Below are positions 1 to 13,650 of a stretch of DNA of 64,000 bases, piece by piece. Numbering within the stretch: position 1 is the stretch's first letter; the number at the start of each line of letters is the position of its first letter. The translations under genes and the position numbers were made by a program. The DNA is from Callorhinchus milii (lineage: Eukaryota). The stretch covers positions 38,876,001 through 38,940,000 of the forward strand of contig NW_024704743.1 in assembly GCF_018977255.1 (NCBI RefSeq), read 5' to 3'. The notes below the pieces were generated by a model. The model saw nothing but the letters and a program-made list of their open reading frames with translations. It made no database searches and was not told the DNA's origin.

Positions 1-1846
1 TTGGGCATAGAGTGACTGGTAGATATTAAGAAAATATTGCAACAGTTAATTAATTAGGAAAATAGAGGTTTAGCAATATTTATTTTATTTCAAATAAGTA
101 CATCTCTTTTTGAATAGCTCGCTAAAGCAATTGAATATCCACCAGTTCAAATTATCTTGTTTAATTCTTTCAGAACTGCAGAAAAACATCTTGTAAATTG
201 AGTCTGACCTTCAGAACTTTGCAAAATTCTGCTTGAACATAAATTTTAAGATAATATTTTTCAAGACTAAGTGCTTGAGAATACTGGGCCTCTCATGTGA
301 ACATTATTCCAAAATTAAGTCTGACAAGTCTATGTTTCGTTTAGAAGCTCTCTTGTAGATATAATGATTGTCTGTGCAATAACGTGGGTGGAAAGCTAAA
401 ATACAGCATTGTGATAAATGTAAAGGCTTGAAAGTCTCTTATAATGCAGAGCAAATCTGGAAATTGCAAGGTTTGAGCCCTGGTTGGCTCTATCATATCT
501 ATGTATGCATGTGTGTGTGTGAATGAATATGTCTGTGTGTCTCTCTCTCTGCCCTTTTAATTATTGCTGTGTGCTTTTTTTGTCTCTTTCTAATCCTGCA
601 CATCTCACTGTCATTTCAAAATTTTGAACTGGGATAGATAGAAAATAATAATTTGGTCACCCAATCCATGTCTGTTTGTGGGACACTGCTGTGCAAAATT
701 GGCTGCTGCATTTCGCCCACAAAATATACAGTCAATTCACTTTACAGTGTAGCCTGTGAAGCATTTTGAGACGTGATAAGGTGCTATATCAAATGCAAGG
801 ATTATTATTGCTATCAGAACCTTAATAATAATCCTTGCATTTTGTACAGCACCGTTCATACTAATGGATTGTCTCAAAGCGCTTCATAGGATGCATATAC
901 AGTATTGTAAAGTGGAGAGACAATGTGTTTTGTGGGCAACCACCCACAATGCAATCATTGTTCATGCTTACGTGCAACTTAAAATTCTTGCCAACATTGC
1001 AGCATGAGTTCAGTGTGTGCAGACTTGGGAATAGTCGGTGTGCAGTTACCTGATATTCTGCTGTAGTACAACAGGCCTTTGTGTTTCCAGGCTGGGGTAA
1101 GAGTAAAACATCAGCCAGGATTCTTGAAGTGTTGGAGTGTAGATACCAGAAATAGTGTATGATTGGGCACATTGAGGACAAGATTGGCCATGATATTCCC
1201 CATGGATAGATTTCCTGTCTCTGCTCACCACTTACACCTGAAGAATGATCCCTTTAATAAGGTAACATTCGATAAGGTACTAATACTAGTGGAAGTGCAT
1301 CCCAGCATGAGACATAGCCTGGAAGAGAAGAGGAAATACTGGGAAAGAAAAATGATCACCTTACTTGCACTTTAGAGTGGTTTTGTTCTGTTTAGTGATG
1401 ATATTTGGGGAGTAATAAACAGAGCCACTTTATCTTCGAGTTGTCACTTCACCTGTTTCACGATTTTGATGAACACAACATCTTTGATACTATTTTTCCT
1501 AAAACCGCCTGAACTGATAGCACTGCTAGAGTTAAATTATATACTTTGTGACAGCAGGAGAGCAATGTGCCGTTATTATTGCAGTTGAGAATGTAGATTA
1601 CAAATGCCAAGGGGAAACGCAAAGTGCAGTGGGCTTGATCATTGCCCTTTTGCCTGAGGGATTGGTTTTTAAATCCAGCTCAGACTAATGAGCTGAAAAT
1701 GACACAGGTTTCCTCTGTCAATGGCTTGAATTTGGGCATGGGGCCACAGCAAAAAACTGCCTGTAAATTGGCACTGTTTTCTGGTGAATTGGCAATCTCA
1801 ATCACTCTTGTCTTCTGTGAGAAACAGAGCTTTCACATTAATATGA

Positions 1847-2378
1847 TAATAATCATCATAATAGTCCTTGCATTTGATATAGCGCCTTATCATGTCTTCT
1901 AGACATCTCAAAGCGCTTCACAGCATATATTGTAAAGTGAATTGACTGTTTTGTGGGCAAACTGTGGCAGGCAATTGTGCACATCAGTGTTCCACAAACA
2001 GTCGTGGATTGAGTGACCAAATTATTTTCAAAATATTGAAGGGTTTATTACCGCCAGAAAAGCGGTCTGCCAATCAAATAACAATCGGGTTCCTACTTAC
2101 TTTTATTTGGTCTCCCTCCCAACCCTCTGCCTACCCTCACCCCTACACCACCCCTCCCCCATGCTTGGGCCCCGACACCTGACTGCTCAGCGCTTTGGGA
2201 CGTCCTCTCGACGTGAAAGGCACTCTATAAATGTCATTTTGTTGTTGTTGTTACTGCTAGGTAAACAGAGGCGTGTGGAGTAAGAAAACTTGCCCAACGT
2301 TTCGCCCTGCCCAGGAATCAAACCCAGGTCCTCTTGCTTGCGAGGCAAGTGCTCTTATCATTACTCTACAGAACTCTA
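1847..2378 (-). mobile_element. tRNA/Deu SINE (long form) with a nested + strand L2 3' end at 2102-2250
   Basis: The SINE body is co-linear on both sides of the insert, which is flanked by TTACT at 2097-2101 and 2251-2255. Confidence 0.88.
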
Positions 2379-3629
2379 TGTATATTTTTGTTCAATATAC
2401 ATAAATTGTATTGAATTGCCAATACTCGGTCAAGCTTTGATCTGTGGAATAATCAGTCCCCTTTCTCTTGTTGTATACTATAACATAGTGCAACATGTTC
2501 TTCTAAGATTGGGAAAGCATTCGCTGTTGAGAGAAACAAAATTGAAATTTTAGTCTGCATCTGGCCCATGAATTGGAAATGTTCAACATTTCAGCATTTG
2601 TTGAAATTGGAAAAGTATTCCATTCCTCAACATTGATATCCCTAAATCTTGGTAAGCAAAACATTCTATTATTAAACAAATTCCAATAGTACAGAGTTTA
2701 AAACTGTTCTTAATAACGGCTTAGTTTAGATGTTACCTTAATAATAATAATAATAATCCTTGCATCTGATTTAGCGCTTTTCACGTCGGGAGGACGTCCC
2801 AAAGCGCTTCACAGAAGACATTGTAAAGTGAATTGACTGTATATTTGTGGGCGAATGCGGCAGCCAATTGCGCACAGCAATGTCCCACAAACAGTCGTAG
2901 ATTGAAAATGACCAATTTATTATTGTTTTTGGTTTTGGAGGGATTATTATTACCTTAGTCATTTGGTAGCACTTTCTGCTCTGAGTCAGAGGATTCTGGG
3001 TTTAAACGTCATATAAACAGCTAGAGCTCATACGTCTAGGCATTATTAGGGAGCACAGCACTAGTGGATTAGACAACATAACTACGGTTTCTATGTGTCT
3101 GTTCAAGTGGGTATTAAAAATCCCATAACGACAAGGTTCTTCCAATGCCTTGTCCAATAACCTTCCAGAAAAACACATCGTTCAATGAAATTGATCATCC
3201 AGAATAGCCTGTGCTCCACTTGACAATAATTATTGCAAAGCATTTTAAGATATTTTGATGTAATACAGTTCTATCAAAATGCATGTTCTTTATCATAATT
3301 TTTCTCTCAGCGTTTTTCTTCTTACAGCATTATTCCAACTCTTCTATTTCTTTTATTGTACTTTAATCACAATTGTCCTCTTTCTTCTGTGTCTTTCTGT
3401 TCATGTTGCTGACAGTAACCTTGCTTTCCCAGCCCACATTGTATTTATTGTAGAGACATTTCTCTGTGGTGATCTTCAGATAGTTAAATAAATAATAAGC
3501 ATTATCCTTGCATTTGATGTAAAACTTTTGATGGCATAAAAATATCTCAAAGTGCTTCACAGGATTTACTATAACATGAAATGATTGTATTTTGTCTTTT
3601 GTCTTTTGTGTTTGCTTAGAAAATGACAG

Positions 3630-4015
3630 TAATAATAATAATCCTTGCATTTGATATGGCACCTTATCACGTCTTCGAGATGTCTCAAAGTGCTTCACAG
3701 AATATACTATAAAGTGAATTGACTATATATTTTGTGGGCAAAATGCTGCAGCCAATTTCGCACAGCAGTGTCCCACAAACAGTCGTGGATTGAATAACCA
3801 AATTATTTTTAAAAATTAAATTTATTTTTTGTAGGGATTATTACCCCAGAAAAAGCAATCCGCCATTTGACTAACTGGTTTCCCATTTACTGCTGGGTAA
3901 ACAGAAGAGTGTGGAGTAAGGAAACATACCAAACGTTTTGCCCTGCCTGGGAATCAAACCCAGGACCTCTTGTTTGTGAAGCGAGTGCTCTAACCAATAT
4001 GCTACAGGATTCTAC
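3630..4015 (-). mobile_element. tRNA/Deu SINE, full length, long form
   Basis: tRNA-like head, GTTTACCCAGCAGTAAATGGGAAACC segment, Deu core TGTGGGACACTGCTGTGCGAAATTGGCTGC, (ATT)n tail. Confidence 0.92.
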
Positions 4016-6501
4016 AGCATATTGAAAGCCAAGTCATGACATCTTAGTTTTAATCATTAAAAGTCTGGTCACACTTGCAGAAAGCATTCAAAAAGGTTCA
4101 CTGGAAGCTTGGCTTTTTAACAAGTGGGTCTGGATAAACCCCTTCACATCAGATAAAATAGTAACCAGTTTTATTCTGATGTAAATAATGATGTTTGCCA
4201 GTTTGCTACTGCGCAATGATGGATACATTCTTCTTAATAGCATTCAATAAGGCCTTAATAAGGTAAATTGATCTGCTTTGGCATTCTTCATATTTTTTTT
4301 TCAATGTGAAGCCCAAGAAAATTAGAAAGAGCAACAAATTGACCTTAAGTGCAATGAAGAGAACACATTTCTAGAAAATGAAACGTTAAGGCTTCAAATG
4401 CAAGGGAAAACTGAGGCATTTAACCAAATGTAGGAGGTGTTGAGAAAGTCCTTGAGATATTATCTTCTTTTACAGATGCTGCTCAGAATGAATTTAAAGG
4501 CAAAAATAGTTCCTTGCCACAAAAAATAAAGATATATATTTGTTATTTACAATATGTCATCTCTGCTTTAATTTATCATCTTGTTATACTTTCAAACTAT
4601 GTCAGAGGAAGAGGTTATTGAATATTGCAGTTTGGAAAATTGAAGTCATATGTACAGTATAACCTTAAAGAGGGAACATAAAAGTTTCCTCGCACCATCC
4701 TTTGCAGTACCATATCTAAAAAAATCAATAACATTTAAATCAAAAAAAGCTTTTATATGTCATGAGCATCTGTCAAAGTTGTCATAGAAAATGGGAATGC
4801 ACTTTAGTTATTAGATCTATTATAATACTTCAACTGTTAAAAAACAAGTCAAATAGCTACCTGGGGTTATAATTGTAAGGGAATCATTTATATTGAAGAC
4901 ACAAAACCTAGCAGCTATCATTCATTTTGAGTGACACTCACTCATTCATTTAGGTTCAAACATGGAATTTATTTGGATGCATATGTGACTTTGTACACTG
5001 TCACTTTTGTGAGTCATAAATCTCCTTCACAACATTTCCCAACATTTATATATTTGTGGACATGTCTTAATGTCAGTTATTGCCATTTGCTGAACAGCCA
5101 ATTGTAATTCAGTAAGCGTAACTAGAGCTCTCAATTTTTTTAAAAAAAGACTATTTTTCTGTTTGTAGATTTGTTCCACTCCCATTGCATCAATTTTATT
5201 TGCACCTTTATTTCAGGCTGTCAGCTAGAGTTCAACTGTTAGGAAAATGCTGCATGATTATCATTGACAATATGATTGCAGGAGAAAGTTGCTTAATTTA
5301 ATTAAGAACACCTTTCTATAAACTGTAAAAATCAATAAAGATACATTATGGTGGTTAAACCATGCTGTGTTCATGTGGGCTTGAACATAATAAAGATACA
5401 GAAATATTTTCATTCCTTTCACTGGCGTAACATAAAAGCATAATTTTCTTTAGCCCTTTGGGAATCACTGTCGAGAAGTTCCAGCAATCAAATTCACATT
5501 TATAAGGCCTTCAAAGGATTGACTCCATAGTTACAGTAATCTGTCCATATCAGAACTACACTGCCAGGACCTCATTGGCTGAAAATAACAGGTTTCCACT
5601 CAATAAGGAATTCATTTACACAGTTGCGGGCACCAGTCCAGGAAGTGGAGTTAAGTCTGTGGAGGATCAGGAAAGAGTGGTAAAGCTGTTAAACTCTTGT
5701 GATGGCCTAATGGATAAAAGCATTGCTTAGCACAGTAGTAACTGGAAGGTTGTAGATTCGAATCAAGGTCCATACTAATCCCAGTTTGGAGTTGAAGAGG
5801 ACGTTTGGTGGGGTGGAATATTGGGCTTTGTCCCCCTGGGCTAGGGAAGGAAAACAAGATTAGGAGAAACTCATTGAACCGGTTTCACCAGGTTATTAGA
5901 TGTAAAAATATAATCCTAGCCTCTCATCGTAGCTAAAGCTCCTTTAGTCCAGGAGAAAAATATAGCCAGAGTTCTTATTCATGAACATTGTACTGTAACC
6001 CATATACTCAACTGGAGAATGAACATTATTCTGAGCACAGAAGGAGGCTCGGCTGGGACGTCCGATAAGAGTTTGATAGTGTGTTGGCACTCACTGTCTA
6101 AATTTACACATAAAGAATGGCTTCTCAGATTAGGTAAAAGTAAAATATCAGATAAAAGTTAACTAAACTGGTGAATCAGGGACACACAGTGAATTTTCAG
6201 ATAAGAGTTAAACTCTTGTGATGGCCTAATGGATCAAGAGTTTCAAAGAAGGTTTGGCTCATGAAATGAATTGTAAATTAGTTGGATTGAAGCCTGCCTT
6301 AGCATTAAGAAGCAGAAGATGATGAGTGACTAGTAGTGACTAGATGAGACCATTTTGTGTTCCTTGATATTCAGACTATTAATAGACTTCCTGAAATATT
6401 ATACAAAAAATCCTGATCAGATCAACCTATGCAGCCAGGTCTAAAAATAGATAAAAATAGATCAACAGCATTGACAACGCTCTGGATTAATTAAGATACA
6501 A

Positions 6502-6900
6502 TATAATACAAAATTACGTTTGTAAAGCGCCTTTCACATCGGGAGGACATCCCAAGGCACTGAACCATCAGGGATTACGACCCGAGTGGAGGGGAGTTGG
6601 CATCAGGGAGGGTGTACGGCAGAGAGTGTAAGAGGGTGGCCGAATAGTATGGTCGAAGACGGAGGTCTTCAGGCGCGACCTGGAGATGGGGAAGGAAAGG
6701 GCAAGGGGGAGGGATAGGGGAAGAGTGTTCCAGAGTTTTGGGGAATAATGGCTGAAAACGCAGCCACCAATGTTAGAAGAACGGAGGGCATGGGGGACAT
6801 GCAGAAGGCTGGAGCCAATTGAGTGGAGGCAGTGGGTAGTGAGTTGGGGAGTAAGCGGTTTGGAGAAGTATCAGTTATGAGGAGAGACACATAGAGGGAC
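6502..6900 (-). mobile_element. Old L2 3' fragment; similar fragments at about 13855-14180 (-), 18675-19015 (+), 21880-22200 (-), 32830-33130 (+), 41300-41600 (+) and 41750-42005 (+)
   Basis: Shared L2 tail (GGGACGTCCTCCCGACGTGAAAGGCGCT...AAATGT) and/or purine/pyrimidine-skewed ORF2 remnants. Confidence 0.8.
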
Positions 6901-9900
6901 TTTGTTTTCATTGAATAAAGGTAAGTTATATGTGGAGCATAATAGTGTAGTAGTCATTTTATTAGATTAGCAAACCAAAGAGTTTGACTCTTGTTATGAT
7001 AGTTGTGTAATCTCAATTCAAAACCTTTGTCAATTTGAGTTATCACCAGAAACAAAGCCATGGAACTGCTAGATTGTTGTAAATGCCCAACTCGTGAAAG
7101 GAGATCTGCCATTCTTTTCTGCTCTGATCTATGTCATTAACTTTTAAAGTGCCCTTTGAAATGGCTTAGCAAATCACTCAGTTTTAAAAAGACTGAAGAA
7201 TGCATAATTGAGGTCTTTAAAAAGGCTGAGAGGTAAACATGATGTGTTGGAAACTAGCTAGAACTAGGTGGCAAAGGTTTCACATTAACAAATCTCAAGT
7301 AATTAATTTTTTTTATATACAGTATTTCAAGAAGTCTATTAATAGTCTAAATATCAAGGACCACAAAATGGTCTGAGCTAATTACTGCCACTGATAGAAT
7401 TCATCATCATTTACAATTCATTCCATAGATCTAACCTTCTTTAAAACTCTCATATAGAAACCTCATCTGAAAATTCATGTGGACTCTATAGCCCCCGCTA
7501 GTTTAGTTAAATAGTTGAAACAGTTCAAACATATTCCATATTATAATCAATAGAAATTGAAAAGGGCAGCAGAATTATATATATTTGACAGATAGAATTC
7601 ATTTGACAGGTAAAATCGAGCTCCTGTTATCTTCTGTGAAACAATACAATATGCGCAACACTTGCCAATAGTTGATATGTGATCTTTTTGCATATTACCT
7701 TTCAATGTTGTTCTATCGTTCTTGGGAAAGTGGGGTGGTGGGAGGTTGGTGGGGGTGGGAGGGAAGCTGAGCTGGCTCCAGGATGATTAATTTAGTAACA
7801 GAATGTTTATACCTACTGTATAAATTATTGAATTATAATTGAGGTAAATAATGATTTACTTTAGTAACTACTGTATTCTACTTATTCCTTGTAGTAAAAT
7901 GTTGTGCTGAATTTGATCCAATTTTGATGTATCAATGATATTGGCATGTCATTTGACTTAATTTCAGGAATAGTAAGTGGGCGATATATAACATTCATCT
8001 ATATTTTGTACATCCACTGTCAGTGATTGAACTTATTTTATTTACTGTTTTCAGATGTTACAAGTGTCTCAATTGAAAATGTTGCTGCACGAGGCAATGT
8101 TGCATCTAAAGAGGACCAGGTCAGGTAACTGTGGTTGCCCTCTTCACATTGTTGCTATTGATTGACATGTTGTGTTAGGTTTAATAAAGCCGATTGTTTC
8201 TTCACCAATGATGTCTAATGCTAACTGCTTCTTCCCTGGTAACCCCCATGCCCATTAAAGCACTGTTTGTTTTTATATGTTGATAATCAACAATTGTATT
8301 GTTGGATTATCACTCTTGTTTTATTCAAATACATCTCCTTTTCAAATGCAGCTTTAAATAAATGCAGTGACACACAGTTAGCATTCCATTAGAAAGCAGC
8401 AGCCTTTGATTTAGAGCCTGTGAAGAGGAGGCAGTTTGTTTTATTTCAGTGATTAAATGTTCACAGTGAAAGCACTTAAAATGCCAGTATTTAAATTGCT
8501 ATACAGAGTCGATTCTTAATGTCTTCTTCATGTAACTAGCATATTGTTTGAATAGCACATTCCTGCTGTGATAATGGGGTGCACAATTTGGTGAGATTTA
8601 TCGCATCACATACTGTTTTCACCCCAATTGGAATGATAAAAAGGAACACTTTTAATCATATCCTTTTTCAGTTTTATGCCATTGCTCAGGTCATACTTAT
8701 GCAGCTTAATAACCTTTCAGCTTTGTTATTGTTTAAAAATTACCTTTGTTACATGAACACAGTGTGGTACCTTACACAAAATGTTCTAATTTCCTTTGTA
8801 TGCATTTTAAGATTGTTAAGAACTGTAGATAAAAGTAAAGCCACTAAGCATTTCCTTTGAATACTTGCTCCATTAAAGCCTTTCTCCATCAGTCACATTG
8901 ATCAGATGAATCACTTCCTTGCTTTGCATTATCATGGTCTGAGACAGTACATCTCAGGTTTCTTGGCTTGATTCCCTTGTCAAAACAATTTAGCAACGCT
9001 GATCAGTTTAGACAGAGAAATCTACCCACAGACATTGAGACTGCAGCCCAATTTTACTGAGTCCTTGGTGGAAGTACTCGGATTAGGTCTTCATTGTTCA
9101 TTACGTATTAGATGTTCCACAGTGTTCTGGTGCAGAGATTTAGAGGTTTTGGGAGCAGAAAACAAAACAATATCATAACTCTACCATTATATTTGGTTTC
9201 CACTGTTTACCATTGATTTCATGGTCATTCAGTATCTATGCTAGAGTTAGCTTTATTAACTGAATTATTAACTGGATTATCAACTGAAATGTTTTGGCAC
9301 TGAGGGTACTTAGAGGGTTTGCCAAGAAATACACCTGACTCAGTAACTTCCGTGGATAGTAAGATTCTAAGACAATTATTTGTCTACTGTAACACATTGT
9401 ATCTGGTAAGTAGTTTGTGCTTTTTTTAAGTGCTGATTTCTTTTGAATATTCTATTGTCTAGGACAGAAACTGTTCAGTTTTGATAAGGGTCATGGAGAC
9501 ATCATAGTACTTTATTCTGCTACTGCAATCAATGGAAGCATGAATGCCAATGAAAGTCATACAGCACAAACCAATTCAATTCTGCTGCTATTCAGACCTC
9601 CCATTATTAGTCAATGGCAGCGTGAACCTGGATATGCATGATCACATGTATAATTAGTTCTGAATGTCAGAGCTTTCCTTGGCCCAAGCTGCTCAAGAAC
9701 TTTTAAGAGACCATTTGGAAGCAGAGTTGAAACCAATTTACACAAACTCCTCAATCCTTTGGCAGAAATGTTTGCTTCCAATTCACGGTCTGAACTTCAA
9801 ATTATACCTCACCTCTTTCGGTGAATTGGCACAAAAATCACAAAAAGACCAATGCGAGCACAACGTTATAGAAGTCTAAACTGCCAAATTGAAATGCTTT

Positions 9901-10362
9901 GCCATTAGGGGGTCAGCTCATCATTTCAGCTCATTAGTATTGCTGTGCCATTGATTTTATTGTTCACAAGGTCCAAATGAGAGCTTTCTTCAAGCTCACT
10001 GAGAGTTTGTCTTCCAATCACACAGCTCTGCTTGTCACAGCGGTGTGGACACAACCCATGATGTCCAGTTTACAAAGAGAATCTTGAAAGTTGTTCTTTT
10101 CTTCATGCTCTCTAAAAGAGACATGAAGATTACTCTGAACAAGTTAATGTAAGAACCTTTTAAACTCTTTTAAACTCTGAGTTTCTATCAGTCTATTAAG
10201 TCTATTTAATTGAATCAGTGCAAGGTTTGTGAGCAAGTTTACTCAAGTGTCTTTCACTCAGATAGAGCTGTTTTTAAACCACAGCCTATTTGCCTATATC
10301 TGTTTGCCTAAATTTTACTTGTCCCATCTCATACATTTCATCTGCCACCTCACATTGAAACA

Positions 10363-10682
10363 TAATAATAATAATAATAATCCTTGCATTTGATATAGCG
10401 CTTTTCACGTCGGGAGGACGTCCCAAAGCGCTTCACAGAACACACTGTAAAGTGAATTGACTGTATATTTGTGGGCGAACGCGGCAGCCAATTGCGCACA
10501 GCAATGTCCCACAAACAGTCGTGGATTGAAAATGACCAATTTATTATTGTTTTGTTTTGGAGGGATTATTATCAGGCATGTGGAGTCAGGAAACTTGCCC
10601 AAGGTTTCGCCCTGCCTGGAATTGAACCCAGGTGTCTCGCTTGCAAGGCGAGAGCTCTAACCACTGAGCTACAGGATTCCAC
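10363..10682 (-). mobile_element. tRNA/Deu SINE, full length, short young form
   Basis: Nearly identical to the copies at 20097, 24623 and 23146; A/B-box head and (ATT)n tail. Confidence 0.95.
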
Positions 10683-10888
10683 CTCTGCTGAAATTAAGTA
10701 CAGCATGATTTTCAGAGATTTAGCCAGGGCAAATACAATTTGCCAATTCACACAGTTCCTTTGTAAACAAGACATTATACAATATACACCTACGATTGAG
10801 TAGCAGTTAGCAAACTATGAGGTAAAATCTCTTTGAGTTCCTCCCAAATATGGTGAAACTCACCAGAGAAAGTCAGAGCTGAGTCTAC

Positions 10889-11740
10889 AACAACAACTAA
10901 ATTACATTTCTATAGCGTCTTTCACATTGGGAAGATGTCCCAAGGCACTGGACAAACAGTGTTTTGGACCCGAGCTGGGGGTCGGGATTGGGGAGGATAG
11001 AGGTAAGTGGCATAAGGAGAGTGATCGAATCCATGGTCGAAGAGGAGGGTCTTGAGACAGCTCTTGAAGGAAGCAAGGGAGAGGGTGAGGTGGAGGGACT
11101 GCAGGATGGAGTTCCAGAGGATGGGGGCAGAGAGGCTGAAGACCCGCCCGCCAATGGTAGGGTGGGCGAGGAGGGGGACGTTGAAGCAGGTAGGAGCCCG
11201 CTGAGCGGAGGGAGCGGGCAGGGTGGTAGGGGCTTAGGGGGTCACAAAGGTAGGGGGGAGCAAGGCCATGGAGGGTTTTAAAACTGAGGACCAGGATCTT
11301 GAATTGTATTCTCTGCCTGATGGGAAGCCAGTGGAGTCGGACAAGGATGAGGTTGATAGGGTCATGGAGCCTGGTGCGGAGAGTACATGCGCTCCAGAGT
11401 TCTGGATGATCTGCAGCCTATGGAGGGAGGAGTTGTGGAGGCCGACGAGCAGGAAGTTTGCGTAGTTGCGGGTCATGGCATGGATGTGGCCTGAAAGGAC
11501 AGCTGAGGGTCAAACAAGATGCCAAGGTTCTGGACTGGCTTAGTAAGGTGGAGTGTGCAACCATGGATGGTGATGCTGTCAGCGCCTGAGGTGAGGAGGC
11601 GCTGACCGGAGCCAATCAGGAGAGCCTCGGTCTTGTTGATGTCCAACTGGAGAAAGTTAGCTCTCATCCAGGACTTGACGTCTGATAGACATTCTGTCAG
11701 GACAGCAGTGGTCATGGAGTCGAGGCTGGATGCAGAGATA
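10889..11740 (-). mobile_element. Degenerate L2 LINE 3' fragment
   Basis: Frameshifted pieces such as CLSDVKSWMRANFLQL...KTEALLIGS...NLGILFDP, plus the L2 tail and (TTG)n. Confidence 0.9.
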
Positions 11741-13339
11741 GTCTACTTGTTCAGTCAATGGTGTACTGGGGGAATGCCACAGATAGCATTCTGTGTGATA
11801 TTTGCTCCTCCATCCCCTGTAAGTGGTAAACATAGCTTTCTGTCATATAACTTGGGGGCTGATCATTCCACAAAGTCTCAGGACAAGTCAGCCAACATAG
11901 TACAAAACTTAATTGTCAGGAATTGGCTTATCAAAGATGAGAACTTAAAACAGCAACATTCACCTCTGCTCCATTCTGCTCCAACACAGCCCAGCATTTG
12001 CTCAGATTTGTTTTTGGTTGTTGCAGTTACTGTTGCTCCCCCCGGCCCCCATAGAGAAGCTTAATTTTCAAAGATCTCCATGAAAACATGGCTGAAACAT
12101 GCTTGAGGCCAGTCAATCTTCTTGAACCAGCATGTCGAATATTCTTCTCAAAGCTTTATACAAGGCAGAGACCTTGAGCAGGTCATATGTTTTCACTAAC
12201 CATTGCTCATTGCCCATCTAGATAGCCCAAGATCCCAAGATGACACATTCTTCACCACTGCTGCGATGCAAACTGACCTGAAGATGTATATCCTCAGATC
12301 TCGAATACCAGTTTCTGTAATACTGTTCTGTGATATATATGTGAACATTGATCAAATGAGGATGAATGCTAGATTGTTGAGACAATGACATTAATCTACC
12401 TTGTACATTTGTTCGCTGCCTGAATACCTAACACCTCTCTTTCTGCACTACTGCTTCTCTGTTTAACCTATTATAACTTCTGATTGCTGATGAAGATCTG
12501 GAGCAGCGTGGCCAATCCATGGGTCAGGGGCCATAAGTGGCTCAAGGGGGCTTCAAGAAGTGGGCTGGTTATTCCACAAAGTCTCAGGAATAGTCAGCTA
12601 ATATAGTACAAAACCTAACATCAGTACTTGTCTAGGTAAGTCTGTGTTAAATCAGTATTTTATTACCAGTAGCTTCTGAGTAGCGATATTTATAATGTGG
12701 ATAAATAAATCAAGAACTGTTTAATTAAGAAAAATGTATTTGGTTGGTTGACCAAAAATGTTGTTCCCCACTGCTCTAGAGGAATTCTGTCTTATCAAAG
12801 TCTATAATTTTATTCTGTGAAGTGCTTTGAGATGTCTCGAAGACATGGTAAAGCGCTATATCAAATGTAAGGATTGTTATTATTATAATTCTCTCTGTGA
12901 GCATAGACTGATTGCTGCTCCTACTTCAGCTTCCTACCTCTCTATCTTCCATTTTTATACTGCCCCTTTCTTTCATTTCTTTTATCATCTTCCACAATTT
13001 TAACTTCATTCGTTGTTGTGGGACATTGATAATAATAACAATAATATTTGATATAGCGCCTTGTAACGTCCTTTGAGCTGTCTCAAAGCACTGCACAAAA
13101 CATACTGTAAAATGAATTGACTATATTTTGTGGGCGACGGTATATCATTGATAGCACAGATTGGCTTCTTCTCTGGTCTGCATAATCATATTGTATATTA
13201 TTATTATTTTTATTTCCAAATCCCCATCCCATTTTTTGATTGTGTTATTAATTTTGGTTCCACTTGCCTTGTGATTCTGGTGGATGTAAAGTCGTGCTAA
13301 TGCTACTTCAAAGAAACTCCTGATTATTCTGATTTATAA

Positions 13340-13650
13340 TAAATAAATAATCCTTGCATTTGATATAGTGCTTTTCACATCTTCTAGATATCTCAAAGTG
13401 CTTCACAGAATATACTGTAAAGTGAATTGACTGTATATTTGTGGGCGAAATGCGACATCCAATTGAGCACAGCAATGTCCCACAAACAGTCATGGTTAAA
13501 GTGACCAATTTTATTAATTTTTTCTTGAGGGATTATTATCAGGCATGTGGAGTAAAGAAACTTGCCCAACATTTTGCCCTGCCAGGAATCAAACCCAGGT
13601 CTCTTGCTTGCGAGGCAAGTGCTCTAACCACTGAGCTACAGGACTCCACA
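13340..13650 (-). mobile_element. tRNA/Deu SINE, full length, short form
   Basis: Same head, Deu core and tail as the other copies. Confidence 0.92.
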
